Under the pieces are notes generated by a model that was not told the DNA's origin, did not search any database, and saw only the letters and a program-made list of their open reading frames with translations. A stretch of DNA of 64,000 nt from Oopsacas minuta. Its lineage: Eukaryota; Animalia; Porifera. The stretch is from positions 669,715 through 733,714 of the forward strand of contig JAKMXF010000188.1 in NCBI GenBank assembly GCA_024704765.1, given 5' to 3'. Positions 31,897-44,786 of the stretch are shown here, in pieces (positions within the stretch are counted from its first letter, which is position 1; the number at the start of each line of letters is the position of its first letter). The translations under genes and the position numbers were made by a program.

Positions 31897-34800
31897 GCTC
31901 TTTTAGGTCACAATGTATTAATATTCGCTTACGGTGTAACTAATGCTGGTAAGACCTACACTATGGCTGGTACTCGATCTAATCCAGGAGTTCTTCCACG
32001 AGCTCTCGACAGTATCTTCCAAGCAATAGAGCACCAACAACCTACTAACATATTTTACAAACCTAGAGGTGAGGCTATACATACTTATTTATTATTATAC
32101 GAGCCGCTTCGCTTATTTGCGGTTTGCGAACATTTTGTGTCCACATGGGACTCGGCAATTCATGCCTCGAAGTTAGCAAAGTAGTAAATTGCAAAATTGA
32201 ATTGATGAATTAATATTCCTATTTGTTTTACTTTATATTCATAAAAACAACCAAAAATTTACATATGATTAATTCAAAAGTGTTAAAATCAGATTCAGCA
32301 CTTTCGATATATTTTTGCCAAGTTTTATTCAATTTTGTATACTTTCTTGGTATACAGCCATAGTTGGGCGACATCTCAGTATTGAGAAATCAGAATTCAA
32401 TACAATATTGCATAAATCCTTTCCTTGACAACAGACAAATAGACAAACAAACAAGCAAATATGGCAATTTAATAATATACAGGGTACCTCAAAAGTTCTG
32501 CAACAAATTTTTACACCAATTTTTTATATCAAACCATAATTCAACTGCTGTTAAATTCATACTTATGGACAAAGGCTATATAATATATTCAATAAACTGT
32601 GATAGTTCAATTCTGGTCTTTTGTTATGTCAGGTATATCTGAACTACAGAAGAGGTCTCCTATTATTCATTTATTTCTAAATGGTAAGAAGCAGAATCAA
32701 ATTCTAAAAGCCCTTGGTTCACCGAAATTTTCACCATCGTTGATATCCCACACGATAAAACGATATATTGAGACAGGCGATATCGTAGATAAGCAACGAT
32801 CAGGTCGGCCAAGAACAATTAGGACTCCTGCTAACAAGAAAAAGGTTCGTCAGATTTTAACTCGTCGGCCCACGATGTCGGAATAGATAAGGAATCTGCT
32901 CGACGAATAATCAAGAAAGACTTAGGTATGAAATGTTTCAAACGAAGTAGAGTAGAGTCTCTTAATGGCCAGGGAATTAATAAGAGAATCCAAAGATGTC
33001 GTAGACTGCTGGATCGACTCAAAAATGTCAACAGTGATTCAATTGTATTTTCGGATGAGAAGATCTTCTGTATTGAGGAGAAGTGGAACTCTCAAAAATT
33101 CGCGGGTTTATTCCTTAACACGTAATGACATCCCAGAAAACTTAAGAAGTGTCCAGAAATTACAACACCCAAAAGTATTATGGTGGGCGGGAATTTCAGT
33201 TTTTGGGAAAACTCCGTTAGTATTCATACCCAAAGGTACAAAAATTAATGCTCAGGTATACAAAGATATTATACTGGAGAAACATGTCTTAGCAATTGGT
33301 TTGACCTTCATGAAAAACAAGGCATGGCTATTTCAACAGGATGGTGCACCGGCTCATACCGCTAAAATATCTCAAGATTGGTTGTCAAGTAAGATCCCAG
33401 CGTGTTTGAACCGTGACGAATGGCCCCCTTCAAGTCCTGACCTAAACCCTTGTGATTATTATTTGTGGGGAAGACTAGAGACACTAGTAAACAATAGATC
33501 CCACAACAGTATTCCAGCACTAAAACGAGCGTTAGAGAAAGCTTGATGCGAATTAGATCAGGATGAGGTCGCTCGGGCATGCAAATTATTTCTATCCAGA
33601 CTTAAAGATTGTCTGAAGGCCGGAGGGAATAGATTTGAAAACAAGTAGAGCCAAATATTTTCGTATATGATAGTTAGACATAATAGCATTTTCTTAACAA
33701 AATATTAGTCTGGTTATATGCTTTACATGTATAAGAATTACATTTAAATTTTGTTGCAAAACTTTTGAGACCCCCTGTAGATTATTGATTATGCTTTAAT
33801 CGTTGCGAATCTTACGATATTGCCCCACTCTGTTATCCCTGGCCTTCTAAAAGTAAACCTGTGAACTATGCTTCAATTCAGAGAAATTAATATAATATAC
33901 GGTGTACCTGCATAAACCGATACTCGTTTGGGACATGAAAATTTTGTCGGATTATGCAGGTGAATTTGTATTGTCGAATGCTGTTTCAGATCCGAAACTC
34001 TGTGTCGGATTATAAGGTGTTCTGGATTATAAGGTGTTCTGGATTATAAAGGTGTCGGTTTATGCAGGTTCCACTGTAGTCATAATATATAGGGGCTCAT
34101 AGATTTGCATCGCTAAAATAATCGATTTTGATGCTTCCTGAAATAACGAATTGTAGATTTGGCTAATCATATCAAATAGTTCGATTTTTTAGAGTAAAAT
34201 ATATACATTAACTCTGCCCGCTACTGATATAACATTACCTTATATTAAACATAAAGCAGCTGTGTTGCATGTGTTTTAGAAGTCACAATATGAACTATTT
34301 CTGTAGCTTTAATGCTTTATATACATACATGCATTATTATCCCTAATTCATACTTTTCCGTGATTTTTGATATTTAATGGCTCTCTTACAATTATATAGG
34401 GTTCGCTAATACAGTACGACTAGATAGAGAGAGTGCAGATCATGAAGCAGTTAAAAAGCGCAAGTTCTTGTCCAGAAAACTAACTAGACATAATCTTATT
34501 TCTGATCTAAGCAAGCTGTCAGATGGCACTGATTCTCAGACCTCCACTATATTCTCTACTCACCCTAGTGACCAGGAAATGGGAGAATCCTTAAAAAGCT
34601 CTAGAATTAATCCAGATCCCTTAGACTGTAGGTAGGTATATCTCTTAATATAAATTGCTGTAATTCGGCATAACATTCCATAATTAATTGGATTCATTAT
34701 ATATTGTAGTGCTCTGGAGATGGAGCACAATGAAGCTAGCTATTCAATATGGGTATCCTTTGTGGAGATACATAACGAATCGATATACGACCTGCTAGAT

Positions 34801-37800
34801 GGTGTTAATACTCACAAGACAGGATCTATCAGTAAAGTACCTCTGAAGCTGGCAGATGATCAGGATGGAAATGTGTACATTAAGGATATAATTGAGGTTA
34901 TTATTCATGTGAAGTTTTATAATTCTATCCCTTCCCCTTTCTTTAGCATTACGCAGGGGCGTTGGAATCTGGGGGTCATTGTGAGTATATCATGAAAAGT
35001 GTAGCGAATTAGCATCCTTCTCGCCATAAGACTAGCATTGTTTATGTACAAAGTGGCCAGGCCACGCTTCCAACACCACTGTTACTACTTCGATGTTATA
35101 CAATGCACAGTAATTCTATAAAACATTAGATTAGTTGCGCTCCTTCGTGTCTGCTTCACCAAAATGGAGCACGCTCCTCCTATCCACTCTTGATTCATAA
35201 ATTGAGCTGCGTTCCAGGTTTCGCTCCTCATAATTGGAGTTTTAACCTGGAGCGCTGCTCTTGAAGCGCGATCCTTTAATGCTCTGATAATATGAAATTT
35301 AAAAATATTTGGAAGTAATTTGTGAATTGATGATAATTGAAAAGGTATTGCAACTTGTAATATTATTTCCGCTTATCCTACACTTTCCTATCTTTCTTGA
35401 TTATTTAATTAAAGAAGATTTTTTCAAATTTTGAACTACGACACACTTATTTGATTCAATAGTTCATGTACACCTGTCATAAATATTTTAAGGAATAATT
35501 ACGATTTGTTAGTGCCAGTGAAAATTTAGTGTTAAATTAACACCGTCATAAGGTACCCAAAAGTGCAACGGCACATGGTTGAGAACCTTGAATAAGGTAT
35601 ACGTAGGTCATATTATCTTTATTACAATTCAGATAGGATGTAATACAGCTATGGAAGCACTACACTTATTCCTGCTAGGAGAACAGCAGAGAAGAGTTGG
35701 AGAAACTAAGTTGAATCTTAATTCTTCTCGCAGTCATATCATCTTCTCTCTCAGATGTATAAGGATAGATGAGAGTGGAACTCCTACTCGTGTTAATACA
35801 CTCAGTCTTGTAGACTTAGCTGGATCTGAGAGACAGGTTCATATTATTAATCATGTTACTTTGTGTTATGCCATAGGCTATGGTTATACATATTTCCGCT
35901 ACTTGTAAGTCACTACGTCACAAATTTCCCATATTCTCATCGTAATGATTAGATTTTTAGGAAATTGGAAACTTATTTAGGTTCTATGTATCTACAAAAT
36001 ATAATCCCGAAAATCCGAACATTTTTGAAATAATTTCAGGTCATTAATTATGAATTATCGTGTATGTTAGGCTTTACAGTTTTCATCCAGGGCAGGGACA
36101 GATAAAACCTTCATAATTCATATCATAAATTTCAGAAATTTAGTCTTCTCCTCACTCATATTTAGTAGCCAATACGGTAATTGACCCCTTAGATTTTCAA
36201 CTTGCATATTAAGCAGCTACTATTGTAATTATAATTATTAGTTTATTCTGTGATTGTTGTATCAGACCTCTCGATTATTTCACTCCCTCGCTATTTACCT
36301 ATATCACCCCTGATTTATACTTGGCTACGACCTTTCCCAGACTATTGTATATCATATCTCTTCTATTCATTTAGATTGGAACAAAGGCTGAGGGAGAGCG
36401 TCTGAAGGAAGCTGGTAATATAAATAAATCCCTCCTTACTCTTGGGAGATGTATAGAGATTATGAGATATAATCAGAACAAGACTACTAGTCTGAAAATT
36501 GTTCCTTTTAGGGAAACAAAACTCACTCGTCTATTTCAATCATATCTAGTTGGTAGGAGTGAGCTAGGCTATGAGGGAAAGCTTACAATGATTGTAAATA
36601 TCTCACAGGTAATCTTATAATATTTCTCCAAATGTAGAAGGGGATATAATTTATTTTTCACAATTACTTACTTGGGTGGGTGATGCACGAAATATACTAT
36701 TGTATGCATACGTATTTGCAGGGATAAATGAGAAGATGAAGTTACATAGTTTTTACAAGTATTAGCTAATTAATGGGATTGTTGTCTAGGATTTAGTGCA
36801 TGGTTCTCAACCTGTGATCATCGAATGATCAAACATGACCAAATAGGTTGGGCCCAGGGTGTCGCCATGATATACATTTTCAAAAAAATTGTGTTCATAA
36901 CCCATGAGAGTTTGAGATACCCTGACCTAGGGTGAGGGTACCAATTTGGGTAATATGAGATTTCCTGTTTTTCTCTCTTATAAATCAAAACTCTCAATAA
37001 TTTTACTGTTTCCCTGACACAATATCTTCCATAAGTAATTCTACGTTATATATTAACTAGCATAAGCAAATTTATATTATTTAGACTGCTAATACATTCG
37101 ATGAGACTTGTCACGCTCTTAAATTTTCCGCGGTTGCTCGTGAGGTAATCCCAGTAACAATTGAGGTTCCTAGACCCACATTCCAATCAGCCAGTGAAAC
37201 TACTGGGTTTACTAGCATGTTAGAAAAGACATTGAATGAGTACAGTAATAATACTACAAAGGATATAGAAGAGATGAATGGAGATGAGATTAAGAATTAT
37301 TGTGGTGACCTTGAGAAGCAGAATAATAATCTTATTGAGTTGGTTAGTTTGTTGTATTATATTGAGCTACTTTCGTTTTGATGTGAAATTTAACAGACTA
37401 TAATCTGTATATACTGACCGCTGTTGCTTCGTAAACAATCAGAACATTATCACAATGTGTCAAATATACATACATTTATGCTAATTTTATAATATACTAA
37501 CAAGAATCATTCACAATTAACTAACGAACTACGGGTAACTAGCAAACAAACTAAACAACATTTATTATTGAAAGGATATTCCTGTCTATGTATTATATAG
37601 ATATAGACAATATGATTATTATCTATACAAATGTATAGGTGCTTAAATCGAAGGAAGAGTGTCTAGAAATTGAAAATAGATTAAGAAAAGAATTGTGTTT
37701 ACAATTCGCGAATGAACTCAATGCAATAAAGCAAAGAGAAGCTAACAAGCAATTGAAAGCAAAGGAAAATCTCAACCTTTATCACGAGGCTAGAATGGAT

Positions 37801-40800
37801 ATTGTTCAGCGTTCTATTCAGAAGGACAGAAGGCTTAGGATGAGACGTTCCCATTCCGTAGACTCTATTGAACCAATTAAAACCTGTATTAACTATAGCG
37901 ATGCAATGGATACTACTATCACTGGATCTGTCAGGTAAGTATTTAACTTTTATATCTAATCATACAGTTAACTGAATTCTAGAATATTCTATGTTTCTTG
38001 TTCAGCGAATATGTGGATACGTTTAGTTCTACTCTACATACAATGAAAAAACTTGATTTTGATGACACAGACCTGAGACTTAAATATGAAGAAAATGTTA
38101 AGGAGCTAGCTCGTCTTCAGAGGGAGAAATCTAAAATCAGTCAAGATTTCGAATCTGCACAAGATCTTCTCGAGGATATGCAGCGTGATATGCGAGTAAT
38201 GAGATCAGAGTATGAGAACAAGTTAATGGATTCAATGCAATCTGCTGAAGATAAGGTATTTGTATGTATATTGTATGTAGAAGTATTTACAATGGTGTTT
38301 GGCTTTAACAAATCGTATTTTCCGCAATATTGTTGATAAATATTTTTCGATAATTTGGTAGAGATTGAATACCATACTTATGTATTACATTGACAACACC
38401 GTATATTTATTCACTGTATTCTTCCTACTAGGTTGAGGTCAGGAGAGAGATTGCTCGTTTGTCAGGAGAGCTTAAGATGACTCTTGCACAAAAAGAGGAG
38501 CTTTACACATTTGTGAGTATCCACTATATAAATCTAATATTACACAGTGATGTGAAGGGATAATGGCTTATATTCCACCATCGAAATTCAACATATAATT
38601 TGATTAATTCTATTTTCCATACATATTTGGTTGTTTAATTCGAAACAGTGAAATCTTCCTGTTTCTTATATAATTCTTATGAATGTCTTCTTCAGGTGAA
38701 AGAATTAGAAAAACAGTTAGCAGATTTACAGGAACAGTTATTGATAAAAAATTCTAGCAAAGAAGATGGAGATCAAGAGAGAATACAGAAGATGAATAAT
38801 TTAAATTTTGCTGACTCTGCGGAAAACTCTAACATGATAGTTAGATTGAAGGAATTAGAGTCAGAAAACTCTCGTTAGTAGCATCGCCTGCTAATATATG
38901 TATTGTTATACCTTATACGGTATGCCGTGTATAAGAACATTATAAGACATTCCCGAAGTTGTTCTTATAACCGGCATCCGCTGTAATTTATTTGTTCTGT
39001 TCTATCCGTCTGTCTGTCTGAAGCAATTCTGTATTAACCAGCGTTCATAGATATTTGTCCCACTTCTATATCTATACCACTAAATATACTATGTTCCTAT
39101 TTCATTGGATAGGTCCACTAAAGCGGTGAAATGTTGGAACATTTGATGTCATATTGGATTTTGTAGTTAGCAAATTACAACTGATACACAAGTCAGATAT
39201 ACTGAATACTCACTAATTAGCACATAGTACTAAAATGTAGGCATCTGGATTTGGATATTTGTAGTTCTCATCTTTTTGGCTCAATTTTACATGATTCTAT
39301 GTAGAGTATACAGTGGGTGGTACTTCCTTAAGGGCCGCCAATTTTCAATAGAAATCGACCACTATATAGCGTCCACCTGTACATAACGGCCACTTTTGGC
39401 CAGTCCCTTAGGTGGCCTTAATTTAGTCTTTAATTCTTAGAAATTTTTTTTCTAGGAATGAAAGACCAAATTAAGGATTATTCTATACAAATCTCTGAGA
39501 AATGCACTGAACTAGTCAGTATGCAGACAAAACTTTTGGAACTAGAGGAAAGTAAGCTTTTGACAATTGAATCTTATCAGACTGATATCAAGAGACTTGG
39601 TGAAGAAACCCGATCGCTTAACGATAATTTAGAATCAACTCAGAAACAGAATGATACATTTGTAACTAAAAACACCAAATTGACTAATCAATTAAATAAG
39701 TTGAAAGATAAAAATATACAAAATGAAGAATTAAAGGATACGAAAATTTCTGAGCTAGAAAATAAGATCACAGAACACAAGGTCACAATATCTGACCTTA
39801 AAGAACAGGCTTCAAGGTTGTTTATATGTGTACCTTCAATTAATTTGTAATATAATAAATATATTTTGTAAACATGAACGTAATATTTGGTACTTTAGTG
39901 CAGAAGAGAGACTAACTGAACTACAGGCTGAACAGGCAGCGCGGGACGGAGAAGCTGTTTACTATCAATCTAAAATACGACAGTTAGAGGAGAAATACAG
40001 TCCATATGAAAAACAGGAGGATCACATCAATCAGCTTAAGTCTGAGCTTATTCATACTAAGAAACAATTGTTTGAAGATAGGATTAGTTATGAGAAGAAA
40101 ATTGGACAATTGGAAGGAGAAGTCAAACATTTGAGGTTTATTCCTGCAAGCATGCGATCTAATGATTTACCGAATTATGAAAGTATTGCTCCGAAATCAA
40201 CTCGTTCTTCTGACCGCACATACATCTCAATGAAGGACAGTGACTCCCCGCATTATGAAAGCATACACTCTTCTATGTTACAAGTATGTTTCATTTTAAC
40301 TATGAATATCTTAAGCATATCAATAGAACTTCGTTAGTATTAACACTACGTATTTGGCATTAGTCCAGTTAGTGAGTATAGTTTATATTCGCTATTACAC
40401 ATAAATGTATTACCGTGTTAAGCAATGCTACTGGCAAGACCATGACGTTACCAGGATCTGGCATATGCTTTAATCTTGTAGGACGTATCACATGTAACTG
40501 TGTTAGCTCCTGTTACTGCACAAGTTCCTGATGTGGAAGATACCGTTCGCTTATCTGAGCATAAATTGAATCAAAATCTCTCTCCTACTAATTCAGTTAA
40601 ACATACACCTAATCGTACTACTGTATCAGGAAGAGATGATTCATTCGACAGCTATGCTTCTTGGCTACCAGGTTTGCTAAATATTATTTTGTATTTAATA
40701 TTCGAGTGATAAACCCAACCAGATGCTTATTACAAATTGTAAATCCATTTTTCAATTATTCTACTCCTGAATATTAATTTGTCTTAATCAATATTCAATA

Positions 40801-41779
40801 CTTCTATACAGTAGTATCTGTCTTTGACGACCCCTACCACCAGCGATCACCTACCTTTACGATCGCTTTCCCCAACAACACGAATAGATTAGATACCTAC
40901 TAATTGACCTGCGGTGAGCCATCACCTGCCTTTTACAACCGCATATTTCGGAGCAGCTGGTGGCCGCAAATTCCAAGTTTACTGTATCTGTATTTATAAT
41001 ATTATATTCTTGTTAAGCCAGCTACTTTTCTAATGAAATTGGTACGTAACCAATAGAGTGTTTAACCAGTGGTTTAGCAATTCCCATGGGTGTACATTCT
41101 AACCTCTAACAACAGACCTCAATGATCCGTTCATGATATATTGAATCTGTTTAAATGTTTTAGGCGTTGTCTTACGGAAGAGTACTAGTACTTAAGTCCT
41201 CTTAAATTTTTATTTTCCTTATTTCTAGCTATCTCATCTGAACCTATTTATGAAAATTTCGGTAGCCTGCAAGACAATTCCCCAGATTTAGTAGATCCCA
41301 GTTTCTCCACAGATGACAGAGTTACTCACATTGTAAATATCATACAACCTTCATGCAAAGGTAAGAGAAAATCTTTACAAGACGATACATCCAACCCTCC
41401 GTCTAAAAAACGTAGTAAGACTGGTAAATTAATGAAGAGTAGTATAACTAAGAAACGAACCTCTGCGAGAAATGCTAAGAAAGAAATTAAACAAGAAGCA
41501 TCTACACAAGTTAAACTATCTCCTATTCCCGAAGGGGATACACCTAGAAAAGGGTTTCAGTTCTTCGGTACTCCTTCTTTCAAGAAATCGAAAAAGGGAA
41601 GTACTCCTGAAGAGCGAACGACAGCTACTACCCCACTATCTATATTCTCGAGAGATAAATCCAAGCTTAAATCCAAAAAGAAGTTGCCTAAGAAATCAGA
41701 AATATCTGCTCCCATCGAATTATTACAACCTGCCTTACCTGCAGAAAATCCCCTCAGAAGATTGCGTCCTAGAAAATAA
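31067..41779 (+). CDS. KIF20: Kinesin-6 family motor, KIF20A/B-like, with a long coiled-coil stalk
   Basis: Sixteen exons join in frame: 31067-31237, 31316-31430, 31907-32068, 34400-34631, 34710-34896, 35633-35836, 36375-36608, 37085-37342, 37639-37934, 38006-38255, 38432-38512, 38696-38873, 39456-39816, 39899-40283, 40482-40671, 41229-41779. Motifs [17 protein letters not shown] (KIF20-type P-loop), long L6 insert, [79 protein letters not shown]; C-terminal RRLRPRK. Confidence 0.9.
31864..31896. repeat. (ATT)11 microsatellite just upstream of the KIF20 exon 3 acceptor
   Basis: Direct reading; it produces the poly-Ile run in track ORF 31759-32184. Confidence 0.95.
32480..33777 (+). mobile_element. 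Tc1/mariner superfamily transposon of the DD37D (maT) type, 1,298 bp, in KIF20 intron 3
   Basis: TA flanks at 32478-32479 and 33778-33779. TIRs CAGGGTACCTCAAAAGTTCTGCAACAAATTT versus CAGGGGGTCTCAAAAGTTTTGCAACAAAATTT (reverse complement of the right end). Confidence 0.93.
32626..33648 (+). pseudogene. DD37D transposase pseudogene
   Basis: HTH region with RSGRPRT; FSDEK; WAGIS; FQQDGAPAH followed by 37 residues and SPDLNPCD. Split over three frames (two frameshifts) with an in-frame TGA at 33544-33546 where W is expected; the frame continues to GGNRFENK and a stop. Confidence 0.92.
33900..34076. mobile_element. pogo-like MITE in KIF20 intron 3
   Basis: TA|CGGTGTACCTGCATAAACCGA and TCGGTTTATGCAGGTTCCACTG|TA. 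Confidence 0.75.
40809..40984. mobile_element. pogo-like MITE in KIF20 intron 15
   Basis: TA|CAGTA at the left end and TACTG|TA at the right end with short, degenerate TIRs; the interior resembles the accacc/cggcc-rich MITE at 2447-2580. Confidence 0.45.
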
Positions 41780-41939
41780 TCTCTCACTAAATACAGAATT
41801 TAGAATTTTGACTAGAACTCATTTCTTTTCTCTATAGTGATTCTTATGCACAAAGTACAAGTACATGTAGTAATCAGTGTACATCTTTGTATTCTGTTGA
41901 ACGAATGAATTCAAATAAGGTTATTCTGTGATATTAATA

Positions 41940-42081
41940 TAGTGGAACCTCCAAAAGCGGGGTAAGTAAACTTCAACTAACATCAATTTTTATCCAAATG
42001 GACTTCTGAACAAGGAAGCAGGGAAAGATATTTGGTACCCAATCAGGCTATCTACAGTACCCGCTTCGGAAGGTCCCACTG
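41940..42081. mobile_element. pogo-like MITE
   Basis: TA|TAGTGGAACCTCCAAAAGCGGG and CCCGCTTCGGAAGGTCCCACTG|TA. Confidence 0.65.
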
Positions 42082-43309
42082 TATTTATTTTTATCGGTTA
42101 ATTCATGAAATGATGTACGTACACACTTTGGAGTTCCATAACTTAAATCATGTACCCTGCTAGTGGTAATAGGCCCAGAGCAGTGGCGGATACTTTTGAA
42201 TTATTGGGGGTGCTCAACAAATTAACCAAAATTGATTTCCTATGAGAGCACTAAATTGTATTTATCGAGAATACCTATAGCTATCTTTTCAACTTGATCA
42301 CAAATGTATACTTTGTGCACAATTATCAAACTTAAATAAAACTTTTCTTCGCCCACACTTTCACCGAAAATATTGGCCAGTGGCACTAGGGGGTGGTCAA
42401 GCACCCCCTAGTGCCACTGGCCATGACGTAGGAAATTAAACGGGTATTTTGGTCACATGTTTGTTCTTGGTTTGTGTCAGTGTTACTATACAACCATCAG
42501 TGCATCTTGCTACTCAACCATAAGAGTAGCAGACATTATGTATTATTATATCCCTTTTAAACATCCTTTTCCAAACAATTTTTGCTTACATGCGATAATT
42601 GCTTCTTGAGGGATGGAAATGTGCAGTTAATCGCTTTTGATCACTAAATTCTGGTGATTATTTTGGACATTACTGCAATATTCATTCATATCTATCAATC
42701 AATGTATTGTCAATTCATACATTCAGTAATTAGTTATGGGATTACTTATATGTCGGCTAGTTGACAAATAAGTAATTATGGCCGACTTATAAGGATTTAG
42801 CCGCATATAAGTAATCCCATTAGTTATTAGTTTTCTTCTTTTGAAACATGCTGAGTGGAGCTGACTTAACAACAGAAGAACACCTTGTCTTTCATTTGCT
42901 CCTGGTAAGCCAGATCCTGGACCTCTCCTGCTCTTAGCTCGGCGAGATTAAAATACACATATAAGTACAGTACTCCCGTCTGACTATTTATCCTCAATTC
43001 TTGAGGTTTTGTGCATGATGAAGTGTTGCATTTATGGGAATTTAGTATTAACTGTTTCCATGCAACATGCTTTGTTGAGAAGCACCCAAACCTTTTATAA
43101 CAATACCTATTAACTTTTGATGTAACAAAGCAACTAAATGATCGAAAGTGACCAGTTTAACCTTCCACGCTTAGTTGTATAAATTAGTTGATTAAATTAT
43201 CTAAGATAAGTAAGATTGCTTTGTGAATTTGTGAAAGCATCAAGTTACCATAAGGGATGATACCAAGGGATTGTGAATAAACTGATTGTACCTTATTTGT
43301 TTGTAGTAT

Positions 43310-44623
43310 TTGTGTTTTAAAATGGTCCCAGACAACTCAAATGATTTTTTGTATATCAAGAAAGTTAAAGAAACCCAAGATCTGTATTATGGGTACAATA
43401 GGGAATATTTAGCTCAGAACTTAACAGAAATGGAAGAAGAATTTATTGTTTGTAAGAAGTGTACAGGAATAATGCGAGAAGCTTCTATTTGTAGAGGAGA
43501 TATAACTTGTTTGATTTGTAGTGAAACTCCCGACAAACTCAATCCAGTTAAAGCTGTGCAAAGTTCTATCTCAAAATTAGTGATAAAATGTCCTCTCCTC
43601 AGAGACTGTCATTGGAAGGGACAACTGTCTGAAGCTGAAGAACATATGGAAAATTGTATACATATATTAATTCAATGTAAATATTGTAAAGAAATATTTG
43701 CCAGAAAAGAGAGTGACGAGCATAACGTTAACATATGTCCAATGCGGTTAATCAATTGTCGAAACTGCAATAAAAGGGGCAAAGCTGAGCACCTGGAGGA
43801 ACATTATGAAGTTTGCTTACATTTGTCAATTTCTTGTCCTAATAATTGTGGAGGAAAGCTCCTCAGAAGTGAATTATCTATACACAAAAGGAAATGTGAA
43901 TTAGAAACGATTAGCTGTCCCTATACAGAGTATGGCTGTGAAACAGGCTTAATGATGAGAAAAGATCTCATAGCTCACAAGAAGCAGTATATGGTGGAAC
44001 ATACCGACATGAGTTTATTGAAGATTGAAAAACTTAGCTCTCAAGTGGATAAACTCCAAATTGAAAACACGGATTTACAGAGAGAAAAGAAAGAGATGGA
44101 ATGGGCAGGAAAGGCAATGAAGCAACTTGATGGAGTTGAGTGGAAAATAGAGAATTTGGATGAATTAACTGAGAAACAGACATTTATAGAAGGACCAACA
44201 TTTTATGTCAACAATTACAGACTGAGAATATATTGTAAATATATTGTTGGTGGATTTGGTGAGAAAATCTTACAATTCTATCTCAAGAGGATTGAAGGAG
44301 AATTTGATGACGATTTAGGACAAGCTTGTATATGCCATTACAGAGTGATTATTGTGAATACACAAAATTACACTAAATCACATTATAAAGAAGGAAGAAT
44401 GAATTTTCAGCTCACCTTTAAAATGAAGAGTTCTAACATATTTACTGCATCACCTCTGTCGCACAATAGCTATCTTATAGCTAATAATTCTTTGCTTCTA
44501 CGATTCTACTTTGACATCAACACTACTGAACCTTTGACAAGTTTGACACCTAAAAAGTCTGCAAATTCACAGGATTATGCTACAAAGGTACATCCTACTG
44601 AGAAGAAGGATCCTTTTCTTTAA
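43310..44623 (+). CDS. TRAF-like protein: degenerate RING, TRAF-type zinc fingers, coiled coil, MATH-like domain; first ATG at 43322
   Basis: CKKCTGIMREA (RING-like start), IKCPLLRDCHWKGQL..AEEHMENC, IQCKYC..EHNVNICPMRLINCRNC, ISCPNNC..IHKRKCELETISCPYTEYGC (TRAF zinc fingers), GVEWKIEN..GPTFYVNNYRLRI..YLKRIEGEFDD (MATH). Confidence 0.88.
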   Translation: MCFKMVPDNSNDFLYIKKVKETQDLYYGYNREYLAQNLTEMEEEFIVCKKCTGIMREASICRGDITCLICSETPDKLNPVKAVQSSISKLVIKCPLLRDCHWKGQLSEAEEHMENCIHILIQCKYCKEIFARKESDEHNVNICPMRLINCRNCNKRGKAEHLEEHYEVCLHLSISCPNNCGGKLLRSELSIHKRKCELETISCPYTEYGCETGLMMRKDLIAHKKQYMVEHTDMSLLKIEKLSSQVDKLQIENTDLQREKKEMEWAGKAMKQLDGVEWKIENLDELTEKQTFIEGPTFYVNNYRLRIYCKYIVGGFGEKILQFYLKRIEGEFDDDLGQACICHYRVIIVNTQNYTKSHYKEGRMNFQLTFKMKSSNIFTASPLSHNSYLIANNSLLLRFYFDINTTEPLTSLTPKKSANSQDYATKVHPTEKKDPFL

Positions 44624-44786
44624 CTAATTGGACTTGATTATTTTGTAATTAAGTTTTTTACTATGCAGACTAAACTATACCCAGTATAGTGGCTCAGTAC
44701 TAAAAGGTTGACTTTTCTTAGCATATATGTGTGTGTTCACTCTCCACTTCACACCTTTTGAGATTAACACACAAAATTGGCATGTA

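Larger units (their letters stand above)
32100..33781 (-). mobile_element. Non-autonomous Helitron-like element interrupted by the maT transposon
   Basis: Removing 32480-33779 restores the minus-strand 5' end A|TCTATATTATTAAATTGCC, matching the 1570 copy. The 3' end is GCGAAGCGGCTCG|T at 32100. Confidence 0.65.

Noticed and set aside
31759-31906. Hydrophobic poly-Ile segment suggesting a transmembrane kinesin
   Set aside because: It is the intronic (ATT)11 microsatellite upstream of the exon 3 acceptor at 31906.
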